A stretch of DNA of 64,000 nucleotides from an uncultured delta proteobacterium (GCA_963747115.1 CAVVEB010000019.1:5824-69823), one strand, 5' to 3'. Positions 28,096-37,939 are shown, counted from the first letter of the stretch. Made by a program: numbers and translations. Notes: generated from the sequence alone by a model not told the origin.

Positions 28096-28680
28096 TTGCG
28101 ACCGATGTTGAAATCTGTTGAGATTTCGAACCCAGGGTTACGCCTCGCCAACAGATTAAAAGAGCGCTGTATTTGGGGGAGTCCGGCGATTTCCGATTCA
28201 GCCAAGCTCGGTGCGAAGCGCTCCTCGCGAGCGGCGAGGAAGCGGCGCGATTCTCCGATGCGCGATCTATTTGCGCTCGAGTACATCAAGGACTTTAACG
28301 CCACCCGCGCCGCGATTCGGGCGGGCTACTCTCGCAAAACGGCCGCTTCACAGGGCCATCGATTGCTCAAATCCGCCGCGGTCGGCGAGGCGATCGCGCG
28401 AGTGGTCAAGAAAGCCGAGGTCTCGGCCAACCGGGTTATGGAAGAGCTCGCTGCGATCGCTTTCGCGGATCCCGGCGAGTTCTTCGATAAGAACGGCTTG
28501 CGGCCGATCAGCGAGATACCGGAAAAGGCTCGACGCGCGCTTGCAAGCCTCAGTTTCAAGCGGCGGTGCGACTGCCACCGGCGCGAAGGGACGTTTATCG
28601 GCCTAAGCTACAAAATCAGATTTGCCAACAAAGCCCCCGCGCTCAAGTTGCTTGCGAAATTCCTAAAAATCTTTCCCTGA
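28096..28680 (+). CDS. phage terminase small subunit (Terminase_2/P27-like)
   Basis: ...FALEYIKDFNATRAAIRAGYSRKTAASQGHRLLK... is the conserved terS HTH block. The start is uncertain (28096 to 28258). Confidence 0.75.
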   Translation: MRPMLKSVEISNPGLRLANRLKERCIWGSPAISDSAKLGAKRSSRAARKRRDSPMRDLFALEYIKDFNATRAAIRAGYSRKTAASQGHRLLKSAAVGEAIARVVKKAEVSANRVMEELAAIAFADPGEFFDKNGLRPISEIPEKARRALASLSFKRRCDCHRREGTFIGLSYKIRFANKAPALKLLAKFLKIFP

Positions 28681-28699
28681 ACACCGTCGCCACCAGGCA

Positions 28700-29000
28700 G
28701 CAGCGGCAGGCTCGACCAGGACCGTCGCGTCTGGGCAGCGATAGTGGGTGTGCTCCTCAATTTCCGCCAATCATAAGTAGACTCCCCGCAGCCTTGACCT
28801 GCCCGCAAAAGCATACCCAGCCGCAGGCAGAGTTTTCGGGCCGGGTGGTCCTGTTCTCGCGCACGTCGACGACGGTGAAGAACACTTCCACGTTCAAGCA
28901 CTCATCTCGCTGCCGGCAGTTGAACGATTCGATGTAGCTCTTCTCCGTCGGCCTGCCCGGGCGGATGAAACCTGAGAGGAAGACGTGAAACTCCGCCACG
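28700..29000 (-). mobile_element. IS3-family transposase C-terminal remnant (frameshifted fragment)
   Basis: ORF 28757..28999 reads PGRPTEKSYIESFNCRQRDECLNVEVFF.VVDVRE (rve-domain C-terminus). The expected ...ERPHS.LGY... tail is in another frame (EQDHPARKLCLRLG). No N-terminal part and no inverted repeats were found. Confidence 0.65.
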
Positions 29001-29065
29001 CTGCCCCGCTCGAGTTACGCTTAGCAACCGAGTAGGGATCGGGAACGCCTGATGACCGCGACATA

Positions 29066-29236
29066 ATGACGGTGACCGATGTCGCCAAATTCCTGCATAT
29101 ACACCGGGTAACAGTCTATCGATTGATAACCAGCGGAGAGCTGCGTCCGTTCAAGGTAGGCCGCGTCTGGCGATTCAATCGAGCCGATATTCTAGCGGTA
29201 ACGAAAAAGCGGGGCGGGACAGAATGCCGAAAGTAG
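29066..29236 (+). CDS. excisionase-family helix-turn-helix DNA-binding protein
   Basis: 56-aa ORF, too short for the track: MTVTDVAKFLHIHRVTVYRLITSGELRPFKVGRVWRFNRADILAVTKKRGGTECRK. This matches the MerR-like excisionase motif (..vgr.WRF....i). Confidence 0.7.
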   Translation: MTVTDVAKFLHIHRVTVYRLITSGELRPFKVGRVWRFNRADILAVTKKRGGTECRK

Positions 29237-29406
29237 CCCCTTTCTACTCACTCAAAGAAGTAAGCGAGCAGGTGCAGAACCGGGTGCATCACAACAATTC
29301 TGCGTGTCCGGTTGCTCGCGAGATACCGGAACATGAACGCAAGCCCGGAACTGAGGGATACAGGCTTTGCGTCCACTGCTTCAACCTGAACAATCAGGGA
29401 CGCTAG
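29224..29406 (+). CDS. small conserved-looking Cys protein (hypothetical)
   Basis: 60-aa ORF. ...VHHNNSACPVAREIPEHERKPGTEGYRLCVHC resembles a widespread small-protein pattern (YHxNxxCxxGxxI....R..GTGG..LCxxC). Confidence 0.4.
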   Translation: MPKVAPFYSLKEVSEQVQNRVHHNNSACPVAREIPEHERKPGTEGYRLCVHCFNLNNQGR

Positions 29407-29644
29407 TCGCTCGGTTCGCTCGCGCTAACCGGCTATCTACCCGCTCTGATAGGCTCTATGCCATGCGCGTCACGAAAAAGCCCCGGCAGTGGTGGATTGG
29501 AAAGGAAGCGCTTTGGAATGTGGACGTTCTGAGCCCATGCGTCCGATGCGGTGAGCGTCGATGCGCTGGAACTGCAACGCTGTGCGAGCCATGCAAAACG
29601 CGAGCGACCAGCGCCGCGCGGACTATCCGCTCAGGTTTCGTGCA

Positions 29645-29998
29645 CTAGCGGTTTCGCGCCGGCACTGACTTCGCCAGGCTGAGAACTTCCGTCCGGTTGA
29701 ATCGCACTTCACCGTCAATCGTGAGCGGATGCAATTGTTCTTCATTGATCATGCGCAATACGGTCGCGCGGTAGCAGTGCCACGTCTCCACCACTTCTTC
29801 GATGCTCATGTATAGTCCCGCTGGCGCCGGCTTGGCTGGCCGGAATCGCGTGCCAAGCAGATACGCGAGCTTGTCTTTGAGCACAGCGGATTTCTCGCGA
29901 GTCTCGTCGGACGCCAACTGCGCATGGAGGGTGATCGGCGGTTCGTCATCAATGACGATCTCTCCGATCAGCACAGATTGTCTCTCCATGCTCCACAT
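29645..29998 (-). CDS. hypothetical protein with C-terminal excisionase-like HTH
   Basis: 117-aa ORF. MSIEEVVETWHCYRATVLRMINEEQLHPLTIDGEVRFNRTEV resembles the HTH_17/excisionase fold. Confidence 0.5.
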   Translation of the reverse strand: MWSMERQSVLIGEIVIDDEPPITLHAQLASDETREKSAVLKDKLAYLLGTRFRPAKPAPAGLYMSIEEVVETWHCYRATVLRMINEEQLHPLTIDGEVRFNRTEVLSLAKSVPARNR

Positions 29999-30292
29999 AT
30001 CGTCGGGGAGCGCGGATATGTCTAGCGGTTTGCGATCACCAGCTGATATGCAGCTGGAATCAGAGCGCCACGTTCAGCATCTGTTAGGAGCTCGCATTCG
30101 CTACAAATGCCGAAGTCTCTGAGTTGCGCATCTAAATCTACATCGCGAGACCGACGCTGAAACTCTGCTCGATTTTGCGGCGCGAGTGGGGGCTTATTCG
30201 CTTCGGCCTCATGTCAGAAGACAACTTTATCGCGACCGTGTCTCTTCAAGTGTTGAGCGCTCGATGGCGGCGACCGGTGCTATATTCGCGGC

Positions 30293-31168
30293 GTGAGGTT
30301 GCACCTTGTCGATGGGACCTACGAGCTGTATCGGGCTCACTATGCGCCGCGCCCGGGTCACCTGGCTCCATCGGGAAGGGATGTTAAGGCCACCGTCGGC
30401 ATTGTGGAATCGCTCTTGGCCCTCCTGCACGACCAGCATGAAGCAGTCACTCATATCGCGGTAGCGTTCGATAACCCGATCCGGTCATTCCGAAATGATT
30501 TGTTTCCGCCCTACAAGAGCGACGAGGGTGTTCCGCCCCAACTGCGCGCACAGTTCGACGCGGCCGAAGATGCCGTGCGCGCGATCGGGGTAACGGTCTG
30601 GTCGATGCGCGAGTACGAGGCGGACGATGGTCTCGCCAGCGGTGCGCGTCGTTTCCGCGACGGGGTCGAGCAAGTACGAATCCTCACGCCGGACAAGGAT
30701 CTCGGGCAGTGCTTACAAGGAGACCGGGTGGTCCAGGTGGATCGACGGCAGAAGAAGACGCTGAACGAGGCGGCTTTCCGCGCCGAGCGCGGTTTCGGAC
30801 CGAAGAGCATGCCGGACTTCCTGGCACTGACCGGCGACACCGCCGACGGCATCGCCGGACTACCGGGCTTCGGCAAAAAGAGCGCATCGCTGCTGCTCGG
30901 CGTCTATGAACGGCTGGAGATGATTCCCGCCGACCCGTTGCAATGGAAAATCAAACCGCGCGGCGCGCTCCATCTCGCGGCCACGCTGGTGCAGCGGCGC
31001 GAAGACGCGTTGCTCTACCGGAAGCTGGCGACGCTGGTCGAAACTGTTCCAATCGCGGACTCACTTGATGACCTGAAGTTTCGCGGAGTGCCTTCAGCGC
31101 GCTTCGATAACTGGTGCGATGAACTCGGCGTCCGCAGACTCAAGACGGTGCCCAAACGCTGGCAATAG
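30293..31168 (+). CDS. 5'-3' exonuclease / flap endonuclease (PolI N-terminal domain family)
   Basis: 291-aa ORF with LVDGTYELYRAHYA, ...EADD..., ILTPDKDL.Q and H3TH LTGDTADGIAGLPGFGKKSA. Confidence 0.85.
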   Translation: MRLHLVDGTYELYRAHYAPRPGHLAPSGRDVKATVGIVESLLALLHDQHEAVTHIAVAFDNPIRSFRNDLFPPYKSDEGVPPQLRAQFDAAEDAVRAIGVTVWSMREYEADDGLASGARRFRDGVEQVRILTPDKDLGQCLQGDRVVQVDRRQKKTLNEAAFRAERGFGPKSMPDFLALTGDTADGIAGLPGFGKKSASLLLGVYERLEMIPADPLQWKIKPRGALHLAATLVQRREDALLYRKLATLVETVPIADSLDDLKFRGVPSARFDNWCDELGVRRLKTVPKRWQ

Positions 31169-31319
31169 GTGTCAATTTCGCGCCAGCCCGATCAGCTCCT
31201 GGAGAGGTAAGTAGAGCGACACTCGCGAACCAGAAGCCGCACCAGCCCGGTTCGGGGCACTGAGCGACGCACATCGCGACCGCAACTCAGTTCAGCATCC
31301 GTCGCAGATCGTTCCCCCG

Positions 31320-31352
31320 CCGCCCCGCCGCGATTGGGTGGCGGCGGGGCGG
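31320..31352. terminator. 12-bp GC hairpin between convergent genes
   Basis: CCGCCCCGCCGC (31320-31331) pairs with GCGGCGGGGCGG (31341-31352). No U-tract. Confidence 0.4.
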
Positions 31353-31370
31353 TGGTCGAGAAATGATGGC

Positions 31371-31979
31371 CTAATGCGAACTGGTCGGATCGTGCTCGGC
31401 TGTACTGGTCGCCGAAGCTGCTATGGCGGCTGTGTTTGCGGTCTTATTGAAGCTGCCGAGTAGCTGTAGCTGCATCGTTCCGGTCCCTGTCTCGGAAAGC
31501 GTTGGACCGCCGAACGAGAACGAGCCGGACCCACCGGCATTAGTGAGGTTTCCTTCACCCGAGAGTATGTTGAAACCGCCGGTATCCATGGCGGGCGCAA
31601 AGTTAGAGGGGTTAGTCTTGCAGAACCGACCGGAGAGCCCGAATGTAAGTGCGTTCGAGCTTTTGTTGACGGTGAAGAACATCAATCCGCCCGCGTTCTC
31701 GCATACGCCCGCGACGTTTTCCGTTTGAGTGTTATTGTCCATGAGCATTTCGATGTGAGCCATTCCCGAACCAATCCCGGTTCCCTTGAACGGAATTGTT
31801 CCCTCTGCGCAGAAGCAAGACCCCGCGCAAGTGATGTCTGCGCAGCCGGTAAAGCCAACCACGACGCTCCCGGAGCCCAACGCCGACATCGTTTTGAACG
31901 CGCTCGCGGCACTAACAGTTCGTGGCAGCAAGGCGGCCGCAACCGCAATTACTAGGCAACCAATCACATTTTTCCTCAT
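31371..31979 (-). CDS. secreted Cys/Gly-rich hypothetical protein
   Basis: The ATG at 31979 is preceded by GGGAGGGAG. Signal peptide MRKNVIGCLVIAVAAALLPRTVSA. The track ORF extends to 32366 only because it reads through a dispersed repeat. Confidence 0.6.
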   Translation of the reverse strand: MRKNVIGCLVIAVAAALLPRTVSAASAFKTMSALGSGSVVVGFTGCADITCAGSCFCAEGTIPFKGTGIGSGMAHIEMLMDNNTQTENVAGVCENAGGLMFFTVNKSSNALTFGLSGRFCKTNPSNFAPAMDTGGFNILSGEGNLTNAGGSGSFSFGGPTLSETGTGTMQLQLLGSFNKTANTAAIAASATSTAEHDPTSSH

Positions 31980-32280
31980 AGGTCGCTCCCTCCCTCTTAA
32001 AGATTGATACACATGATCGAATCGCGACTTTTCCACGCCTGAGAACCATAGGTCTCCGGCCTTGGCCCTGTTACAGATGTGCCTAAAATTGTGTGTCGCC
32101 CTGCGAGAATACCCCACAGTCGATGCTCTTATATCATGTTCCCTACTAGCCCAATAGTGCCTGCAAGCTGTACAACGGAGACTCCGACACGGCAGTAAAC
32201 GGGGGAGGGACCGAACGCCCTTCCCGCAAGCTCGGCGTGTATGAGTAGCCTGATGGAGGTCGTGAAATGCACGCTTTCCC

Positions 32281-32450
32281 ATTACCTCGGCGACTCTACG
32301 CGCGCGCCCTTCTCGCGGGTCCGGCGCAGCGAATTCCATATCCACTGCGCCATAAACACGGGCCAAGTCGAGTCCATGTCTCGAAATTGGACGCTATTCC
32401 GCTACTTGATTTCGGACGCCGCGGATCACAAATCCTCCGCGTGCTTGGCG
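32281..32450 (-). repeat. dispersed intergenic repeat, copy D (long form)
   Basis: The reverse complement aligns along ~170 nt with copy A at 44100-44270. It contains CGAAATCAAGTAGCGGAAT and GACATGGACTCGACTTGG. Confidence 0.85.
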
Positions 32451-32457
32451 AACAACG

Positions 32458-32483
32458 TAAACGGCGGGATCGATCCGCCGTTA
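32458..32483 (-). terminator. palindromic hairpin just downstream of the phosphoesterase gene
   Basis: TAAACGGCGGGATCGATCCGCCGTTA. The paralogous site at 44054-44081 is a perfect palindrome. Confidence 0.45.
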
Positions 32484-32501
32484 CCGCCTATTGCGCGACA
32501 C

Positions 32502-35267
32502 CTACGGGCCGGTTCCGCTGAGGCTGACATTATGCGGGCTGGTCGGATCGCTGCCGATACTCACCGCCATGTTCGCGCTCTCCGATGCTCCACCGCCTGC
32601 CGTGGGAGTGAAGGTTACGGATATCGTGCAGCTAGAGTTAGGTGTCGCCGTCGTCCCGCAAGTCCCGCCCGTCACTGCGAAGTCATTCGCATTCGCGCCG
32701 CTAAAGGCTTCGCCTATCGAGAGTGAAAATCCCGACAGGTTGGTGACGGTGACGGTCTTCGCCTTCGATGGCGCCTTCGAGGTGAGCGTTCCATAGCCCA
32801 GCGTGAGCGGCGTCAGTGTCGCCGGTACCGTCGGTCCCGTGCTTAGCGCGATCGGGTAGGGGCTAAGCGGGTCGGGGCTGTCAGAGACCGAGAGCATCGC
32901 CGATTCCGTCCCCAAAGCACCCGGGGCGAAGGTCACGGCGATCGTGCAAGCTGAATTCGCGGCCAGAGTCGAGCTGCAGGTACCTCCAACAACGGAGAAG
33001 TCGGCGGCATTTATCCCGCTGAGGTTTTCGCTCAATGTCACCGGCTGAGTCTGATGATTCGTGACGCTGAATGACCCCATCCCCTTGACGCCGAACTTTA
33101 CGCTCCCGAAGACCAGATTGCTGGTCGAAGCGGTCAAATCTGCTACGCCGCTACCACTCAGCGCCACGTTCTGCGGGCTGGCGGCGGCGTTATCGCTGAC
33201 CATCAGCGATGCGTTATGCGCGCCGATCGCGTTGGGCGTGAATGCGACTCCCAGCGTGCATGACGTCTTGGGCGCGACCGTCACCGGGATCACACCGCAG
33301 GTCCCTGCGCCGGTTACGGCATATTCAGCTGGGTCGGTCATTGTCGCGCCTGAGACGATCAGCGAATTGGTATTACCGGTGTTGTTGATTGTAAGAGACT
33401 TAACGCCAGTCTGGCCGACGGCAACGTTACCCACGATAAGCGAACTGGTCATTGTCATCGAGGTGGTCGGCGTCGCCGTTGGCGTGGCGGTTGCGGTCAG
33501 CGTTGCAGTTGTCGTTGGCGTGGGAGTCGCGGTAACCGTCGGCGTCGCGGTAGCTGTTGCGGTTGGAGTGTCGGTGGCAGTAGCCGTCGCGGTGGCCGTC
33601 GCTGTTTGAGTAGCCGTCGCCGTCGCGGTTGCGGTGGGAGTATCGGTGGCCGTCACGGTTGGTGTCGCGGTAGCTGTTGCGGTTGGAGTGCCGGTGGCAG
33701 TAGCCGTTGAGGTTGCGGTGGGAGTATCGGTGGCCGTCACGGTTGGTGTCGCGGTAGCTGTGGCGGTTGGAGTGTCGGTGGCAGTAGCCGTCGCGGTTGC
33801 GGTGGGAGTATCGGTGGCCGTCACGGTTGGCGTCGCGGTAGCTGTGGCGGTTGGAGTGTCGGTGGCAGTAGCCGTTGCGGTGGCCGTTGCTGTTTGAGTA
33901 GCCGTCGCGGTGGCCGTAGCTGTTTGAGTAGCTGTCGGCGTCGCAGTCACCGTCAGCGTGGCCGTCGCGGTCGGCGTCGCAGTTACGGTTGGGGTTGCCC
34001 CTGCCGCGGGGCAGATCCTGGTCGGAAGCGGCATCGGGGCACTTGGCGCCTGGGTGAAATTGAAGGCGTCGAGCAGGTCGTTGACGGTCGCGTCTCGCGC
34101 GGGCCCTCCAATCGGCGGCAGCCCGAAGTTATGTTCCACGGTGGCCGCAAACGACGAGAATTCGGTGACGCTATGTGAGACATATCCGGACTTTGCGTAT
34201 GGCGAGATCACGATCAGCGGCACCCGGAAGCCTAAGCCGGTAAGGTCGCCGCCCGCGAGGTTACTCTGCGGCGGATCGACGTGATCGTAAAAGCCGCCGA
34301 AATCATCGAAGGTGATGAAGATCGCGCTGCTGCCCCATTCGGGCCCATTCATGACCGCATTGACCAACTGGACCAGAGTGTTCTCATCCTTACAGAACGA
34401 AGCCGGTGGATGAGCCGACTTGGTATTCGGTTCCACCAGCCATGATACGTTTGCAAGGGTGCCCGCTGCCGCATCAGTCAGGAACTGGGCATCCGATTTG
34501 AAATTGGTCGTCCATTGCGGGCTGTACCGGATGTGGCTGATTGCGTCGAACTCGTTCCATTGAGACCCGGACGTGCCCAGCGGCGGAGTATAGTACATCC
34601 AGCTCAGGCCGGCCGCATTGAGCACATCGGGCAGCACCGCAAAGTCCATACAGGGCGAGATGTTCAGCGTCCGGGCGTATTGGGCGGACCCGGGCGGATT
34701 GATCTGTGCCACTTGTTGTACGTAAGTACCGGCCGGACTGTCGCAACCCCAGATGTAGTTGTTTGACTGGACACTTGGGTTACCGGCGATATTGTTCGCC
34801 CATGCCGCAATGGTGAATAGATGATTCGGAAAGCTCGGCCCGCGCACCGAAGTAAAGAACTGGTCGTAAAACGTGTAGTCGGTCGCATAGGTATGAAGGT
34901 TGGGAATGCTGGTCTGGCTGTATTGGCAGATGCAAGGGTATCCCGTGCTCGCCGTACAACCGACGATTTTGTCGAAGCCGTCCATCTTGCCGTTGTCCCA
35001 TCCGAGTAAAGCTGCTGCCCAGGCATGGTCCGGGTCCTCGGACAGCGGGTCGGGACAGGCGGGGATCGGATAACTTGCGCCGGTCGAGAGCGTGGCCGTC
35101 GCGGCGACGTCGGCGCCGGGGACCGGGCCAAAATTGTCGGTGGTATGATTCTCCATCACAATAAAGACAAAGTGCTGAATCGGTTGCGGGGAGACTTGAG
35201 CGGATAGAGGCGCCGACAAAACCAGGGCGAGCAGCGCCGAGAAGACCGCGACGGCTATTTTGGACAT
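32502..35267 (-). CDS. phospholipase C / phosphoesterase family (PF04185-like) protein with long Thr-Ala linker and choice-of-anchor-D-like C-terminal repeats
   Basis: ATG at 35267, signal peptide [23 protein letters not shown]. Catalytic-domain start [16 protein letters not shown]. About 180 aa of [12 protein letters not shown] linker, then four repeats ending ...C.I.V.F.P...G. Confidence 0.85.
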   Translation of the reverse strand: MSKIAVAVFSALLALVLSAPLSAQVSPQPIQHFVFIVMENHTTDNFGPVPGADVAATATLSTGASYPIPACPDPLSEDPDHAWAAALLGWDNGKMDGFDKIVGCTASTGYPCICQYSQTSIPNLHTYATDYTFYDQFFTSVRGPSFPNHLFTIAAWANNIAGNPSVQSNNYIWGCDSPAGTYVQQVAQINPPGSAQYARTLNISPCMDFAVLPDVLNAAGLSWMYYTPPLGTSGSQWNEFDAISHIRYSPQWTTNFKSDAQFLTDAAAGTLANVSWLVEPNTKSAHPPASFCKDENTLVQLVNAVMNGPEWGSSAIFITFDDFGGFYDHVDPPQSNLAGGDLTGLGFRVPLIVISPYAKSGYVSHSVTEFSSFAATVEHNFGLPPIGGPARDATVNDLLDAFNFTQAPSAPMPLPTRICPAAGATPTVTATPTATATLTVTATPTATQTATATATATQTATATATATATDTPTATATATPTVTATDTPTATATATATDTPTATATATPTVTATDTPTATSTATATGTPTATATATPTVTATDTPTATATATATQTATATATATATDTPTATATATPTVTATPTPTTTATLTATATPTATPTTSMTMTSSLIVGNVAVGQTGVKSLTINNTGNTNSLIVSGATMTDPAEYAVTGAGTCGVIPVTVAPKTSCTLGVAFTPNAIGAHNASLMVSDNAAASPQNVALSGSGVADLTASTSNLVFGSVKFGVKGMGSFSVTNHQTQPVTLSENLSGINAADFSVVGGTCSSTLAANSACTIAVTFAPGALGTESAMLSVSDSPDPLSPYPIALSTGPTVPATLTPLTLGYGTLTSKAPSKAKTVTVTNLSGFSLSIGEAFSGANANDFAVTGGTCGTTATPNSSCTISVTFTPTAGGGASESANMAVSIGSDPTSPHNVSLSGTGP
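33462..33995 (-). repeat. coding Thr-Ala linker repeat with higher-order ~84-nt units
   Basis: (GBN-NGT)n on the plus strand. The protein motif [16 protein letters not shown] recurs 4-5 times. Confidence 0.9.
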
Positions 35268-36483
35268 TGCTTTTCCCGCCGTCACGTTTCCGTGATGGCA
35301 ACCGCGATACCGCGTATCAAAACCGTCCCCCCCCGATTGGCAGTCGGCCGGGACGGTGTTGAGCAAGCTTGCGGCCCGCATTGCCAACAAGCGGTTTAGC
35401 GCGTATTCACCTGTTAATGCAAGCGCTATTTCGCATACGAAGGCTTGGATTTCATACAAATGGGTCTACGGCCGCGCAACCTTCTGGCGGGCGCCGCGGA
35501 TGGCAGCGCTACAAGGCGGCGATCAAATCAGGCTCGAGCCGTGAGCTGATATCTTCGCTGGATGCTCGCCTAACGGTCGATATCGCGCTCTGCGTTCACA
35601 GGCTCCAGCGTGAGCTTCCCATCATTATACGGGTCGAGTACCCGATATGGGTCGAGTACCCAAGCTCGCCGGCATAGCGGAAATCCTCCTTTGCCTTCGA
35701 GCCCGGCGCTTTTTCGGAGAATTCGCTTTCAGCCGTCTTTCTGGATGAACGCCAATCAGACCCGAACTGCGCTCCGAAATTTAGAAGCGCTAATGACCGT
35801 CAACCGGAATCCGGTTGACACCTTACGGCGGTTGACAAGTCGCTATTTTCGAGGTGGTGCCGGACGGTACCAATATTAGCTCAACTTATCATGTCGGTGG
35901 CAGTTTCCTTGCGAAACTCGGTCAGGAAATCGGGTGGGCAACAAACCGGCTAACAGACTTCAGTTCTTGGTGCGGGTATTCGATGGTTGCCTTTATCTCC
36001 TCGGCTTCGACGGCGATCAGGTTATGCCGTCTTTGTTCTTCGTTTTGCGTCCGGCCATAAGATCAAACGATCGACTAATGACCGCCACCGGAAGCCTAGA
36101 GAATCATTCCAGTGCACCGTATTCTGCACGCTTTTGCGGCCGCTCAACGATGGACCGTTTCGAGCCATCCAAGACCCTTCGTGTAGCAATTCGCGCCAAT
36201 ACGTAATGGTTGTAAATCTGCCTGTCTGTTTAAGTATCGGTCCAAATCGAGTTCAACTTCCGGCTTCCCGCGGTAATTTTTGTAAAGTACCCAACGATTC
36301 TGTCGGTGAATGGTCCGCCCGCCTCTTCTGACCAGGCTTATGGGATGATTTTGAGCGTAGCGATTTTGTTGGCAGGAAGATTGCAATCGCTAATATCAGG
36401 ACATCGCGCTCCAGGAATAACGGCAACAACTTCGCCGACATCAATTTCTCGTCGACGAAACACCCTTGACAAGGAGGTCGAGC

Positions 36484-36867
36484 ATGTTCGTGTGGGAACG
36501 GATGACGCGCAATCCGGTGACTATAGGACCTGATGATCGTCTTTCGGTCGCGGCGGAAAAAATGTTGTCGGGACGATTCCGTCGACTGCCGGTCATCGAG
36601 CAAGGCAATCTGATCGGCATCCTGAGCGAATATGATCTTCAGGCTCATCTCGCCTCGCTTGACACGGTTTCGGTCCGAGCGGTGATGACTGCCAACCCGA
36701 TTGTGGTTGAGCCATCAACAACTCTGGAACGGGCAGCAGGACTGATTTCGACTCATCGAATCGGCGCTCTGCCGGTCATGGACAGGGGAGAGTTGGTGGG
36801 TATTGTTGCAGCGCACGACATGCTTCTCCCGGAGCCGCGACCGCTACCCAAATGGGTGCCACTCTAA
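36484..36867 (+). CDS. CBS-domain pair protein
   Basis: The ATG at 36484 follows AAGGAGG. MTRNPVTIGPDD...RRLPVIEQGNLIGILSEYDL...VMTANPIVVEP...IGALPVMDRGELVGIVAAHD. Confidence 0.85.
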   Translation: MFVWERMTRNPVTIGPDDRLSVAAEKMLSGRFRRLPVIEQGNLIGILSEYDLQAHLASLDTVSVRAVMTANPIVVEPSTTLERAAGLISTHRIGALPVMDRGELVGIVAAHDMLLPEPRPLPKWVPL

Positions 36868-37047
36868 CCTTCAGAATCGGATCGATAGAATTTCTTTAGC
36901 GGTATTACTAACCGCGTTAAAAGAGAGTCGGCGACAAATCTGTGGAGCAGTTCGTAGTTGCCGCGAGAATATCTCCGACGTTGCGCCTCAAGCGCCTTTC
37001 ATTATTCTCGACAACTAAGTATCGTTCGAGTCGCTAATACTAACTCG

Positions 37048-37070
37048 ATACAAGAAAGGGGCCGGCTGCA
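37048..37070 (-). terminator. hairpin terminator (U-tract on minus strand)
   Basis: GGGGCCGGCT-GCA-AGCCGGCCCC. The minus-strand reading is followed by TTTCTTG. It sits ~70 nt downstream of a decayed minus-strand ORF end at 37138. Confidence 0.5.
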
Positions 37071-37140
37071 AGCCGGCCCCTCGGATTGTCAAAGCTAGTG
37101 GGTCGCGCGTTTCGTGGCGCTCCCTACCCGGCTCAAATCA

Positions 37141-37269
37141 TCCTTCGAACAGCGTTCCCTTCCATGACCGCGAGGCCAAGTCTATTTCGCCCTCAGCTCT
37201 GATTCGGCGGCCATCGGAGACCTGGGCAAAGTTCACCGTGCGCCACTTGTGCTTTCCTGTGTTCAGCTG
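37141..37269 (-). pseudogene. C-terminal remnant of an unidentified gene
   Basis: A 43-codon open stretch, ...KHKWRTVNFAQVSDGRRIRAEGEIDLASRSWKGTLFEG-stop, is followed by the terminator above. Upstream coding continuity is lost. Confidence 0.3.
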
Positions 37270-37587
37270 TTAGCGATTCTAATTCCTTCTAATGGCCTGG
37301 TTGAAGCAAAAAAAGCAAACGGTTTTGCGAATGAAGATGAAAGTACGGGCTGGATGTTCGTGATCGCATGCCTCCCGCCTCTCGGAGATGGACCCACCAA
37401 GATCGCCTGCGGAGACGTATTGCCGGATTCTTGCGACTGGCGCAGCCAGAGACTTCTCCGGGTCCACGTATCGGGCGCGAACTCGCGCACACGTGCGCTT
37501 TTCGAGCGATTCCCCGACAAGTATGAAAACTGAGAGACTGGACGGTGGATAGCGCAGTTTACTAAACTGGCCTTTTCGTGTGGGAAA

Positions 37588-37789
37588 GCGGTTTACGCCC
37601 TGCGGCGGTTTATAGAAGAGAGCTTCGGTCGGGCGTGCGGTTCATAAACTTCCGCGCTGGGTTTATGGCCCGGATCTGACTAAAACTAAATCGAGCAGAT
37701 GACCACGGTGCGCATATTTTGATGCGGCGTTGGGTCAGGCGCGGCCGCTCGAAATGGCCGCTTGTAAACCGCCGCATGGCGTAAACCCA
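37588..37789. repeat. 27-nt inverted repeats carrying GGTTTAY iteron-like motifs
   Basis: GCGGTTTACGCCCTGCGGCGGTTTATA (37588-37614) versus the reverse complement of TGTAAACCGCCGCATGGCGTAAACCCA (37763-37789), about 23/27 matches. Extra GGTTCAT/GGGTTTAT copies occur at about 37639 and 37659. Confidence 0.7.
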
Positions 37790-37881
37790 GTCGCAGCTGC
37801 TGGTCACTAGCGCTTCTGGATTTCGGAGCGAGTTCCTGCAGGGAATTTATTTCCCTGCTCAATCCCAATCACGCCGGGCAA

Positions 37882-37939
37882 ACCCACAGATTGTGATCCG
37901 ATGTACATGCAGAACTTTGGCGACATCGGTCACCGTCAT
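37882..37939 (-). pseudogene. 5' fragment of a second excisionase gene (paralog of 29066..29236)
   Basis: The minus strand reads ATGACGGTGACCGATGTCGCCAAA..., identical for the first 24 nt to 29066-29089 and about 75% similar for the next ~34 nt. It translates as MTVTDVAKVLHVHRITI and then loses homology. Confidence 0.65.

Noticed and set aside
28096-31168. A complete prophage or defence island next to tRNA-Leu
   Set aside because: Only isolated phage-type genes are present (terS, xis, HTH, exonuclease). No integrase, large terminase, portal, capsid or recognisable defence genes were found, so it is reported as a remnant only.
31980-32366. N-terminal 129-aa extension of ORF 31371..32366
   Set aside because: The extension reads through dispersed-repeat copy D (the same peptide AVDMEFAAP..GRARRVA.VM appears in a spurious ORF over copy A). 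A strong SD plus a signal-peptide start exists at 31979.
33061-34284. Regular short-period repeats that could suggest a CRISPR array or minisatellite locus
   Set aside because: The period is 6 nt with ~84-nt super-repeats and no unique spacers. The tract lies in frame inside an uninterrupted 2.8-kb CDS and encodes a Thr-Ala linker.
37588-37789. Integron attC site
   Set aside because: The core motifs are GTTTAC/GTTTAT, not GTTRRRY/RYYYAAC. No integron integrase or cassette array is nearby.
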